Shown piece by piece: positions 37,210 to 46,444 of a stretch of DNA of 64,000 nucleotides. Under the pieces are notes generated by a model that was given only the letters and a program-made list of their open reading frames with translations, was not told the origin of the DNA and ran no database searches. The DNA is from a virus (taxonomy: Duplodnaviria; Heunggongvirae; Uroviricota; Caudoviricetes), in IMG/VR virus record IMGVR_UViG_3300025162_000035. The stretch is one strand, 5' to 3'. Within the stretch, counting starts at the first letter, position 1. Each line of letters begins with the position of its first letter. The position numbers and the translations under genes are program-made.

Positions 37210-37835
37210 ACGGTTTTTGCTAAAATATTTGGAATAACTTTTTCATACATCCAATGATTATCAGTTTCAACATGACCTTTGCGAACCCATTTAGCCATTG
37301 AAAAATAAAAATCATCGAAATGAAAACTATCGGCAAGCCTGATAACCCATCCTTCTTGCTTGGTTGTATCAATTTTAATATTTCTGATAACTTTTTCATC
37401 AAAAATACCTCTCCACATGAGAGGAACCATGGTCAACCCAAATAACTGGCACCACTCAACGGTATCATCATAAGATAAGCACACATTTTTTTCATTCCAA
37501 ATAGAAAACACTTCGAAGAAAGTTTTCAAATCTGTATAATGAATGCTATGCTTGGCATAAAGATTTTCACCACAAATACGCCAATCTTCTGGAATATCGT
37601 ACCTGATATTAGCCCACAGTTGACCTTTTAACCAATGCCTTGATGGGTGATCCACGCTATCCAAAGAACGAGCAAATGTTTTTTCTTTTTTTAATGAAGA
37701 ATTTTCCCCATCCCTTTTTTCGGACAAGATAACTTCTTTTCCATAAAAGTGATCCAGCGACAATAAAATTTTATCATCGTTGGTAGCACCTTCGGAAAAT
37801 GGTACATGTGGGGTACGTGGGTATTTTTCTTTCAT
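37206..37835 (-). CDS. ATP-dependent RNA ligase (KYPRTPH... / motif I EKRDGEN family)
   Basis: N-terminal MKEKYPRTPHVPFSEG and the lysine-adenylation motif K-R-D-G-E-N, characteristic of the compact phage/bacterial RNA-ligase family. Confidence 0.65.
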   Translation of the reverse strand: MKEKYPRTPHVPFSEGATNDDKILLSLDHFYGKEVILSEKRDGENSSLKKEKTFARSLDSVDHPSRHWLKGQLWANIRYDIPEDWRICGENLYAKHSIHYTDLKTFFEVFSIWNEKNVCLSYDDTVEWCQLFGLTMVPLMWRGIFDEKVIRNIKIDTTKQEGWVIRLADSFHFDDFYFSMAKWVRKGHVETDNHWMYEKVIPNILAKTV

Positions 37836-37841
37836 TTCATT

Positions 37842-38033
37842 TTATGGTTTCTCTGGTTCTTCCCAGCAATCAAGTTTTTTTTGGTCAACTTCAGCTAAAT
37901 GCTCATTGATTTTGAACCATTCACGCATTACATCAGAATGACCATTTTTGCAACGCCTTGGTAAGTAGCCACGGAAATCTTCCTCACTTGGAAGATAATG
38001 CTTGCAGCTTGGGCAATTTTTACATGTTTCCAT
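37842..38033 (-). CDS. small zinc-finger protein (63 aa)
   Basis: CKNCPSC...RRCKNGH. Confidence 0.4.
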   Translation of the reverse strand: METCKNCPSCKHYLPSEEDFRGYLPRRCKNGHSDVMREWFKINEHLAEVDQKKLDCWEEPEKP

Positions 38034-38077
38034 ACTTCATTGTATTAACGGTTGGAAACGGTTCCAACCGAAAATTA

Positions 38078-38246
38078 TTTGCTGAAAAGCTCAGCCTTCT
38101 CCACTTCACTTAATTCGTTACGATCAAAAGGAGATTCTTCCATTCTGCATGCGACCATGTTACTGGCAGCTTCGAAATAATTAAAATCTAATGTTTCAAC
38201 AGTATTGCTGACGGCAGGGGTATCATTTCCTTTATTGTTTGTCATA
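38078..38246 (-). CDS. small ORF (about 55 aa; MTNNKGNDTPAVSNTVETLDFNYFEAAS...)
   Basis: Below the track cutoff; preceded by a promoter motif 38 nt upstream. Confidence 0.25.
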
Positions 38247-38280
38247 GCGATTAAGTTTTAGAGGGTTATAATGTTTTAAC

Positions 38281-38316
38281 GATACAAATGTACAACAGTT
38301 TATCGAGAAAAAAAAA
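38281..38316 (-). promoter_or_regulatory. promoter-like element (AAATTTTTTTTTCTCGATAAACTGTTGTACATTTGT)
   Basis: Canonical copy of the recurring motif. Confidence 0.45.
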
Positions 38317-38317
38317 T

Positions 38318-38638
38318 TTAAGGTGATTTTTTTTCAATTTTTTTCAATTTCTTTTTTCTAATTTCAGATTGGGTGCAGAAATATGTCCATAAATAAGGAT
38401 AAACTTGCCTTTTGTTTTGATGCACTCTAAATCCAAAGGTCGTTATTAATTTAACCTTTGAATTTGTTATATAAATTACTGTCATCAATTCTAATGGAAT
38501 ATCGTATGTGTACCCAAGTTCAATAGCCTTTTCAGGATCACCTTCACCGCCATTGACATTGTAATATTCACCCACTTCAAAAATTCCTCCCCAATTTTTT
38601 TTACAATACAATACCTTTAGATTGTTTAATGTCAGCAT
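38318..38638 (-). CDS. small protein of the Lys-rich-C-terminus family (VLYCKKNWGG...SEIRKKKLKKIEKKSP*)
   Basis: Family motifs; 7-nt overlap with purN. Confidence 0.45.
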   Translation of the reverse strand: MLTLNNLKVLYCKKNWGGIFEVGEYYNVNGGEGDPEKAIELGYTYDIPLELMTVIYITNSKVKLITTFGFRVHQNKRQVYPYLWTYFCTQSEIRKKKLKKIEKKSP

Positions 38639-39204
38639 ATTTTTAAAATTTTTTCAATTGTTTCTGGAAAATGTTTATATTCCAACAAATGAATTTTGTT
38701 TGCTAATGATTCTGGGGTTTCATCAGCATCTATTTTACATGTAGACTGAAAAATAATATCACCGTCATCATATTTTTCATTGACGTAATGAATTGTGATC
38801 CCAGAAGCTTTTTCCTTATTTGATATGACTGCCTTGTGAACCTTCATGCCATACATTCCTTTTCCGCCATATTTTTTTAATGATAGGGCTGGATGAATGT
38901 TTATGATATTATTACTATAAGCGGTTATAATAGACTTTGGTATTAACCAAAGAAATCCAGCAAGTACAATAAAGTCTATTCTATAGAATGCCAACATATC
39001 TGTAACTTTGTTACTTTCATATAGATCATATTTATCAAACACCATGGACTTCAATTTTAGGTCTTTACATCTATTCAAAACCCCAGCCTTTGAATTATTA
39101 CATAGCACCAATTCTATCTGAATTTCATTACTATTCTTGAAATATTCAGATATTCTTTGTACATTTGAACCATTACCAGACGCAAATAAAGCTATTTTTA
39201 TCAT
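38632..39204 (-). CDS. purN: phosphoribosylglycinamide formyltransferase (PurN family)
   Basis: LFASGNGSN, VLAGFLWLI, NIHPALSLKKYGG, HYVNEKYDDGDIIFQ all match the PurN formyl-transferase core. Confidence 0.75.
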   Translation of the reverse strand: MIKIALFASGNGSNVQRISEYFKNSNEIQIELVLCNNSKAGVLNRCKDLKLKSMVFDKYDLYESNKVTDMLAFYRIDFIVLAGFLWLIPKSIITAYSNNIINIHPALSLKKYGGKGMYGMKVHKAVISNKEKASGITIHYVNEKYDDGDIIFQSTCKIDADETPESLANKIHLLEYKHFPETIEKILKIC

Positions 39205-39259
39205 AAACTTTTTATTCAGATTTAACTACAAAGATAACTAATTATTATTTAATTTCCAA

Positions 39260-39640
39260 ATGTCAAGAATAGAGCAACGCCAAGAAAGTGTACTTTGCAA
39301 GAAAGATTATTTAGTAGGCGAAGACTTAAGATTCAAAAAAGGCGAAATTTATCAATCTGTTTTCATAACAAGTGATAAAAGTTTATTTTTATCTGAGGAA
39401 TGTATTGTCTATAAAACTCAAAATTTTATGGAATATAGCTTTCCAAAATTAACATTTCCAAAAAACAGAATTGCGATTATGGGTGGGTCAACAGATAGGT
39501 TTCATATTAAATATACTATAAAAAATGCAAGTTATAAAATAACAATAATTTGCGGGTTGCCAGAATTTAGTGAATATTTTTGTGATACTGTTGAATTAAG
39601 AAAGTTTAAACTTCAAAAAATTAAATCATGCATACTTTAG
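39260..39640 (+). CDS. small protein of the Lys-rich-C-terminus family (VLCKKDYLVGEDLRFKKGEIY...VELRKFKLQKIKSCIL*)
   Basis: Family motifs; 13-nt overlap with the start of the CCA-type NTase. Confidence 0.45.
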   Translation: MSRIEQRQESVLCKKDYLVGEDLRFKKGEIYQSVFITSDKSLFLSEECIVYKTQNFMEYSFPKLTFPKNRIAIMGGSTDRFHIKYTIKNASYKITIICGLPEFSEYFCDTVELRKFKLQKIKSCIL

Positions 39641-40473
39641 AAAGCCTAACGGATCAAATTTTATCATCCATTAGTGATTACGTTGAATTTGATGCCAAAG
39701 AAATTTTTGAGCAAGGAGATTTTATTGCAATATTTGGTGGAGCTGTCAGGGATAGCATTGCTAAAAAAGAAATTCATGATATAGATATTCTTTGTTTACC
39801 TGAATCTGCCCATCATTTAAGGGAGTTCGTGATAAGTAAAGGGTATGAGCTTGCTGATTTATACGATAAAGACCAGTGGGAGCAATATGAGCATATCAGT
39901 ATCATTGCGGAGCCTTGGTGCTTTCAAAAAGGCAAAAAGATAATACAGATAATACGCCCCAGATTTGTTCCGAAAAATAAAGGCGGTCCCAGATTCACAT
40001 GTGGTAATATGACATTACCATGGGTACCAGTTGAGTTGGAAGCCGTTAAAGCATATTATTTAGCACTTGGTGGAGTAGATATAACTTGTTGCGGAGTGTT
40101 TATAGAAAAAAATAACCATCAAGAAAAATTATGTGCTAATGATTCGAAAGACTCTATAATTTTGAAAGAAAGTCACGATAATGCAATTCTTCATTGCTTA
40201 GCACATGTATTTAATACTCAGAAGAATTCTGGAATGTATAGTGAAAAAAGAACTCTGAACCGTGAATTTAAATTGATTGACAGAGGATGGAAAAGTATGA
40301 CCAATCGCTATAGCTATATTAAGAATATTGTTTTTGAGAGAATTCTAAAATTAGCTAACATAGAATTCATACCAGAATATGATTACAAAGTTTTCAAATA
40401 TTTTTATACTTTAAATCCACAGCAAAGTAATTTTGATGATTTGAATTTGACTGATTTTTTTGATGTTGATTAA
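39628..40473 (+). CDS. class II tRNA nucleotidyltransferase / poly(A)-polymerase head-domain protein (minimal CCA-adding-like)
   Basis: FGGAVRDSIAKKEIHDIDIL matches the GGxVRD...DxD signature of CCA-adding enzymes; 281 aa. Confidence 0.65.
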   Translation: MHTLESLTDQILSSISDYVEFDAKEIFEQGDFIAIFGGAVRDSIAKKEIHDIDILCLPESAHHLREFVISKGYELADLYDKDQWEQYEHISIIAEPWCFQKGKKIIQIIRPRFVPKNKGGPRFTCGNMTLPWVPVELEAVKAYYLALGGVDITCCGVFIEKNNHQEKLCANDSKDSIILKESHDNAILHCLAHVFNTQKNSGMYSEKRTLNREFKLIDRGWKSMTNRYSYIKNIVFERILKLANIEFIPEYDYKVFKYFYTLNPQQSNFDDLNLTDFFDVD

Positions 40474-40505
40474 TTTAATATATACTTAAAAATAATCAAT
40501 ATAAA

Positions 40506-40952
40506 ATGAAGCATGTGCGTATATTCAATTTGAACGAAGATAATGGGTTGGATAGCAGTAATCCTCAGTTACTGGTTCTGAATTTACTAAAAGGCTTAAA
40601 TGTTGGTAAATATAAAGGTAAAATAAAACCAGATGGAAATATTCCACCATTTACTATTGGTTCTGAAACTGAAAGAAAAGTAGAAGATGTTGATATTGAT
40701 ATTGAAGGTACCGACATCAGCCTTCGTTTTAATGTATACTGGTCATATGAAATAAAGGCTGGTATGTCAAGCCCAAAACCTTGGGAACTCCCAAACGACC
40801 CGCAGGAAGTTATATTGAAGGATATGGACGTAAATAGAATACTTCTATATGACGGTGATGATGAAACGGAAATTACAATTACCCCAGAGATAACAAAATT
40901 AGCCGTCAGTTATCTTGAAGACTTCCCAGATGTAGACGAGATCGATCTATAA
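40506..40952 (+). CDS. acidic hypothetical protein (148 aa)
   Basis: ORF track; Asp/Glu-rich. Confidence 0.4.
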   Translation: MKHVRIFNLNEDNGLDSSNPQLLVLNLLKGLNVGKYKGKIKPDGNIPPFTIGSETERKVEDVDIDIEGTDISLRFNVYWSYEIKAGMSSPKPWELPNDPQEVILKDMDVNRILLYDGDDETEITITPEITKLAVSYLEDFPDVDEIDL

Positions 40953-41066
40953 AAAATTTCTTATTTATTTAACATTATTTATCGAAAAATAGACTTTTTC
41001 ACCTTTATTGTTTTATATATAAATTTACCATTAAAAAGGTAAATTTTCCAAAAAAACAGGTGATAA

Positions 41067-42083
41067 ATGAAAATTCTATTTATATTAAAAGACCGATTTT
41101 ACAATCAGTCGAAGAACTCGTATGGACTAATTAATTCCTCAAGACAAGTTGCTGAATTTTTAGAAACGATTGGTTATGAATGCAAAGTTGTACAAGTTGT
41201 TGATTATAATGCTATAGATAAAGAATTATTTCAATATAAACCAGATGTTGTAATAATTGAAGCCCTTTGGGTTACAGGCGCAAAAATGAAGGAGTTAATT
41301 GAAATTAAAAGGTATCAAAATATTAAATGGATTGTTAGGGTTCATAGTGATGCTGGATTCTTAGCCGCTGAAACAATGGCATTCAAATATATTAATGATT
41401 ATATTGAGCTTCATAAACCAAACTTTTATGTTTCTATGAATAATGAAGATTTCAATAATTATGCTGGAATTGCATTGGATAATAGTTTTCTATATCTTCC
41501 AAATATTATTACAATTAAGCATCATAGAAAAACACATAAAAATAAAAACTACATGGATGTTGGATGTTTTGGGTCACTGCGTATTTTAAAAAACCAATGC
41601 TATCAAGCATTATGTGCAATGGATGCTGCTGAAAGACTTGGTAAAACCCTAAGATTTCATATTACAGTTGATGTAAATATGACGAATACATCAGTTTTAT
41701 ATCCAGTTCTTAAAAACTTAGAAGAAATATTTGAATATAGTCGTCATGAGTTGGTAAAGCATTACTGGCTTGACAATTCTGAATTTCATGAATTAATTCG
41801 TGAAATGGATATTGGACTACAACTTTCTTACACTGAAAGTTTTAATATTGTTGCTGCTGATTTTGTTGTTAATGATGTTCCAATTGTAGTTAGTGATGCT
41901 ATTGGATGGATGCCATCTTTTATGAAAACGTCCACAGTCGAGTATGAAAAAACGATAAGGAAAATTATGTGGATTTATCGGTTGAGAAAATGGAAATTTT
42001 TAACACGATGGTCAAAAGCAAAACTAATAAAATTTAACGCTACAGCAAAGCTTATTTGGACTAATGCTCTGATTCATTTATAA
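41067..42083 (+). CDS. putative GT-B (GT4-like) glycosyltransferase
   Basis: MKILFI... N-terminal Rossmann start and C-terminal ESFNIVAADFVVNDVPIVVSD resembling the GT4 E-x7-E region; variant promoter motif upstream. Confidence 0.45.
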   Translation: MKILFILKDRFYNQSKNSYGLINSSRQVAEFLETIGYECKVVQVVDYNAIDKELFQYKPDVVIIEALWVTGAKMKELIEIKRYQNIKWIVRVHSDAGFLAAETMAFKYINDYIELHKPNFYVSMNNEDFNNYAGIALDNSFLYLPNIITIKHHRKTHKNKNYMDVGCFGSLRILKNQCYQALCAMDAAERLGKTLRFHITVDVNMTNTSVLYPVLKNLEEIFEYSRHELVKHYWLDNSEFHELIREMDIGLQLSYTESFNIVAADFVVNDVPIVVSDAIGWMPSFMKTSTVEYEKTIRKIMWIYRLRKWKFLTRWSKAKLIKFNATAKLIWTNALIHL

Positions 42084-42417
42084 TATAGAGCTTTTGCTTT
42101 CTTATTATTTTTCTGGCATTCATGATCGGAACTTTAAGTACTTTTGCTAATTTTTCATCCCCATGTGAAAGTACATAGTTATAATCAACAAAAATGCATA
42201 CAGGAAATGTATCAGGTAATGGTAATTCTGGTATTCCAGAAAACCACATATGATTAGCTTTTATGAGGTATGATTCTATTGTCCGAAAGTCTTTTTCGGT
42301 TGAACATTTAATGGCAATCCGTTCTTCAGCGAATTTTTGAGTTACTTCTTTTTGAGTTACTGCCAGCCATTTTGATGTTTCTTTATTCCCCATCCTCGTC
42401 CTTTCAAGATTCTGCAT
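42061..42417 (-). CDS. hypothetical protein (118 aa)
   Basis: ORF track. Confidence 0.35.
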   Translation of the reverse strand: MQNLERTRMGNKETSKWLAVTQKEVTQKFAEERIAIKCSTEKDFRTIESYLIKANHMWFSGIPELPLPDTFPVCIFVDYNYVLSHGDEKLAKVLKVPIMNARKIIRKQKLYIINESEH

Positions 42418-42498
42418 ACGGGTTTAACTAATAAGAAAATAGCAAGTAATGCTGCGGTTAATCCGAAAATTGGGTCCATATATTTAAAATTAAGTGAA

Positions 42499-42753
42499 TT
42501 AAATTCCCATATACGTGGCGATTGCACCAGCGATAAAAAACATAAATTGCAATATGATAATGAATTTTCTTACCTTGACACTGTACAACCATGCTCCAGT
42601 TACTAAGAATTGGGCTGGATTTGCCAATTCGACCACTGTAGTTAACGCTGCCAGAACTAAAAAATAAAAAGCAATTGCGCTAACTGAGGTTGCGCACAAA
42701 AAGGTTACGAGCAATAAAAATGTGATTGAGATAATTACTGAGCTTTTCGACAT
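42499..42753 (-). CDS. small membrane protein (84 aa)
   Basis: Three hydrophobic segments. Confidence 0.4.
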   Translation of the reverse strand: MSKSSVIISITFLLLVTFLCATSVSAIAFYFLVLAALTTVVELANPAQFLVTGAWLYSVKVRKFIIILQFMFFIAGAIATYMGI

Positions 42754-42781
42754 AGTTTTAAGGTTTTAGGTTAATATTAAA

Positions 42782-43469
42782 TTATTCTGTGTAGTTCTTT
42801 GTAACTTTACGACATTTTAAATGGGCGGATACATTGTTCATTTCACTCATCCCACGTTCCAGCTTTGCAGCTTTTCTCTTTAACACGAGTCCTTCAAACA
42901 TATCGATCCTTACAAGGGCATCCCAAATTTTTTGGAAGTCACCATAAAAAGACTTGACCCTGAATATCTTTTCGGTGTATTGATATAAAAATTCATCATA
43001 ATCAATTTTACCAAAAAGTTCATCCAGTAATAGTGAGCGATCTTCGAATGTTGATCCTAACAAATATTTTCCATGATAAACAAGGATATCAAAGATAACG
43101 AATTTATTGTTCCAAGGCTTACCATCTTTATATTTTTTACTGGTGTTCATGAATTCACCAACGATAAGGTTCCATTTACCTTCAGTTTCAAATTTGAATA
43201 ACGGATCAATATCAGCATCGGAAAATGAAAAATGTGAAAGATTCTCATTTCTGTGCCTACCGAAATTTTTATGTTTTGTACCATTGGAAAAAATCAAACA
43301 GCAGTCACCGTTTAATTTGGGCTGGGCAAAGTGTAAGCCGTTTTGATCATGCTTTAGTAATTCACTACGGCTGATACGATTTTTAGGTCTTGGGGGGAAC
43401 ATATAACAGAAGTCGTTATATGGTACTGACTTTTCAAGTATTCTTTCGAGGATTGCTGTGAAGTCCATA
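42782..43469 (-). CDS. possible nucleotidyltransferase-superfamily ligase (about 229 aa)
   Basis: AQPKLNGD (motif I-like KxNG), LIVGEFM (motif III-like) and FEGLVLKRK (motif IV EGLVLK). The track start at 43489 is a TTG artefact, so the start is MDFTAIL. Confidence 0.35.
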
Positions 43470-43484
43470 GGTTCGTATTTATTC

Positions 43485-43520
43485 GGCAAATATAAGAAAT
43501 TTTTTCGTATAAAAAAAATT
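43485..43520 (-). promoter_or_regulatory. promoter-like element (T-tract plus TTCTTATATTTGCC)
   Basis: 19 nt upstream of ATG(MDFTAIL). Confidence 0.4.
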
Positions 43521-43983
43521 ATATGATGATTTTTTGAATTTTTTTCAATTTTTCTTTACGAATCATTTTTTTAGCAACGTCTTCATCAATGTTAAAATAT
43601 TTGAGCATTTCTTCTGTGATTGGAATATTCCGCCTTTTCCAGAATTCAATTAATCTATTATGCCATTCATTTTTCTTTTAAATATTTTAAATGATAGTAT
43701 CGAGCAATTATTAGAAGAACAATTGTAATTATTGACATTATTCCGCCAGATATTCAAAATACACCACCGAAAAATACCATACAAAATCCTTTAAATATTC
43801 TTTAACGTTCATAAAAATTTTGTTTAGTGAGTCTTTTATTCATATTAACTTTCCACTGATTCTTAAAGAACCATTTATATTCAACTATAACATCCTCACA
43901 CGATAGCCAAGGTATTCCGTACCTGTAAGAGTACTTCTTCTTAACCATTTTCTTTTTTCTGCGGGATATTCGTTCTTTCGGCA

Positions 43984-44376
43984 TTACAGTTTATTAATTT
44001 GGTCCAATTTCTTTTTCCGCAAGCTTTTGGTAGATTCCATTATTAAACGTGAGCAATAAGTATTGATTGATTTTATGAGTGGATGATCGATAGGCACATC
44101 AATAATGACAAGCTCAGCAGATTGATTCTCCCAAAAATTACAACCTTTAAATCGATTTTTTCTGTACTCATGTAGTGTACCACCCAACGCTTCACCAGTG
44201 TATATTGTATACATATCCTTTTTCTTTTCGATAACCGCTTTGAATGAAAGAAAAAGTGATCCAAGCCCGAAATAGCTTAAGTTATGAAATTGTTCCGATG
44301 TGATATTTATACTGGACGGGGGTTTGATATAGATTGGATAGTTTAGTGCCATAAGTTTAAAGTTGCATATTTCCAA
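43984..44376 (-). CDS. hypothetical protein (130 aa) with C-terminus ...KSLRKKKLDQINKL*
   Basis: C-terminal RKKKL motif. Confidence 0.4.
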   Translation of the reverse strand: MEICNFKLMALNYPIYIKPPSSINITSEQFHNLSYFGLGSLFLSFKAVIEKKKDMYTIYTGEALGGTLHEYRKNRFKGCNFWENQSAELVIIDVPIDHPLIKSINTYCSRLIMESTKSLRKKKLDQINKL

Positions 44377-44668
44377 TTAAAAAAGATTGCCAACAATCAC
44401 TATTTTCAAAATCTTTTAAAAATCTTTCAGCACACGACCAATCAGATTTAACCATTTCATCTTCTGTTTGTGAATATTCTGGAGATAATCTATACACTGA
44501 AAAATTGTTCAATATCATTATATACCAAGAATACATACAACCATTGGCGTTTTTGTATATAATCGGGTCTTTTGTTACCGATTTTAAAAATATTGCTGGG
44601 TATGAATTAATAAATTTGTTGTGCAATATTTCTTTAAACTTCTTTGTAAGTTCTTCCATTTCAACCAA
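44357..44668 (-). CDS. hypothetical protein (103 aa)
   Basis: ORF track. Confidence 0.35.
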   Translation of the reverse strand: MVEMEELTKKFKEILHNKFINSYPAIFLKSVTKDPIIYKNANGCMYSWYIMILNNFSVYRLSPEYSQTEDEMVKSDWSCAERFLKDFENSDCWQSFLIGNMQL

Positions 44669-44878
44669 ATTTAAAGATGCCAGAACTGGTCAACCACCAC
44701 GCTACCCACCATGTTTCGTGCACCGAGATATGGTAAAAACGATTTTTGCAATCTCCCATATTTTACGATAGCCTTACTATGCCTTAGCCTTGTCCGTTGT
44801 TTTCTGACTTTGACTACAAAAATACAAAATATATTTCAATAAAAAAAAATAGTGATAAAAATTTAATATATAGAGAAT

Positions 44879-45430
44879 ATGGAGAAAAAAAAGCTGAATA
44901 ATCTGATCAGTCAATCCGATTTCAAAAAATCTTGGGAAGCAAAGAAAGCTTCAAAAACAAAGAGAACTGAAGTTGGTCTTGATATTTTGGAAAAAAAGAA
45001 GATTTTGAAAAAGGCTGCATCACCTGAAACAAAAGTTGATAGTACACCAGAGCCAAAGGGTAGTGGTAATTGTGAAACCCCAGAAATGAAAGAATCCTTG
45101 TTAGAAGCCTTAACTATAACTGATGTGTCTAACAATTTAAGAACATTAGTTTTTGATGCTGATTGGGATCATCAAAATCCAAGAAAGACATTAAAAGTTT
45201 CTGGCGTAAATTCATATGAATATGATGAGAAAGGTCAATTAATATTGCATGTGCAATTAGAAGCAAATAATGTTGTTGGTCAAAGTATAAAAATTGTAAT
45301 CGGAGATAGCCCTGATAATATTTTAATGTATGATGATAATTATAATGGAAAATTAATATCAGGAAAAATAGTGTCAAATACTAAAACATGGCTATTTAAC
45401 CTAAAACAGTATTTACCAAAACAAAAATAA
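44879..45430 (+). CDS. hypothetical protein (183 aa)
   Basis: ORF track. Confidence 0.45.
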   Translation: MEKKKLNNLISQSDFKKSWEAKKASKTKRTEVGLDILEKKKILKKAASPETKVDSTPEPKGSGNCETPEMKESLLEALTITDVSNNLRTLVFDADWDHQNPRKTLKVSGVNSYEYDEKGQLILHVQLEANNVVGQSIKIVIGDSPDNILMYDDNYNGKLISGKIVSNTKTWLFNLKQYLPKQK

Positions 45431-45434
45431 AAAT

Positions 45435-45986
45435 ATGAAAAAATATATTAAATCTTTTGATAATCTTTATGAAGATATCAATATTGGAATTGATAATGAT
45501 AAAGATACTATCAATTTTTTAAATAAATTGCTATCAAATCATTTCATTTTGTTTCTCAAATTGTGGAATTTTCATTGGAATGTTTTTGGCTCTGGATTTA
45601 TGGCTAATCATAAATTTCTTAATGAATTATATGATAAATTCTTTGAAGATATTGATAGCATCTCAGAAAGAATAAGAGCCTTAGGTGGAAGACCAATAGG
45701 TACATTGAAAGGATATTTGGATAAGACAGATTTAAAAGAATATGACGATGATAAAGATATTCCAAAAGTTGAAAAAATGTATGAAATTATATTGGAAGAC
45801 TATGAATCAATTATAAAAGATATACGAAAATTCTTAGGTGATAAAGTTGATAATGGCACCAGCAATTTCCTTGAAGATATGATCATGAAGAAAGAAAAAG
45901 ATGCTTGGATGGTAAGATCGAATATTGAAAAAAATAAAGAAAAATCAGATTCAGATTCTGAATCATCGGATAACTCCGATAATTAA
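45435..45986 (+). CDS. dps: Dps / ferritin-like protein with an acidic Ser/Asp-rich C-terminal tail
   Basis: LWNFHWNVFGSGFMANHKFLNELYDKFFEDIDSISERIRALGGRP matches the Dps ferroxidase-region pattern; tail SDSDSESSDNSDN. Confidence 0.75.
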   Translation: MKKYIKSFDNLYEDINIGIDNDKDTINFLNKLLSNHFILFLKLWNFHWNVFGSGFMANHKFLNELYDKFFEDIDSISERIRALGGRPIGTLKGYLDKTDLKEYDDDKDIPKVEKMYEIILEDYESIIKDIRKFLGDKVDNGTSNFLEDMIMKKEKDAWMVRSNIEKNKEKSDSDSESSDNSDN

Positions 45987-46000
45987 AAAAAATAAAAATT

Positions 46001-46444
46001 ATGAAATATTTAAAGAAATTCGAACTAAAAGATGTAGATGATTTGGCTATGTATAATATCCCAGACGAACAACTACAAATGGAAGAACCTGGAATACCAA
46101 GAAGAACTCCCACTGATGATTATATGGATGAGTATATGATAACAAGACCCGCAATCAGACATTTCATTTCGAGGATTCGTGACCCTAAAGAATTTACTCC
46201 AGATGAATTAAAAACATTCACTGATGAAATTCTCAATATTGAAGATTTTGAGGTTTCGACTGCATTATTGTCATATTTAAATAAACAACATAAGGCTAAA
46301 ATTAATTATAGCAAAATTTGGGATGATGTTATAAAAAGGTGGCATGAGGATAAATATAAATTGGTTGATCCAGACACACATAAATCTGTTATTAAAGTAA
46401 CAGATAGAATACATGGAACAAACTATGCTGATAAAGAATACTAA
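46001..46444 (+). CDS. hypothetical protein (147 aa) with a paralog-family-type N-terminus MKYLKKFELKD
   Basis: The N-terminal motif is shared; the C-terminus (…ADKEY) is not. Confidence 0.45.
   Translation: MKYLKKFELKDVDDLAMYNIPDEQLQMEEPGIPRRTPTDDYMDEYMITRPAIRHFISRIRDPKEFTPDELKTFTDEILNIEDFEVSTALLSYLNKQHKAKINYSKIWDDVIKRWHEDKYKLVDPDTHKSVIKVTDRIHGTNYADKEY

Noticed and set aside
38632-39204. Methionyl-tRNA formyltransferase (Fmt) identity for the formyltransferase
   Set aside because: The length (190 aa) and motifs match PurN (GAR transformylase), and it lacks the Fmt C-terminal tRNA-binding domain.
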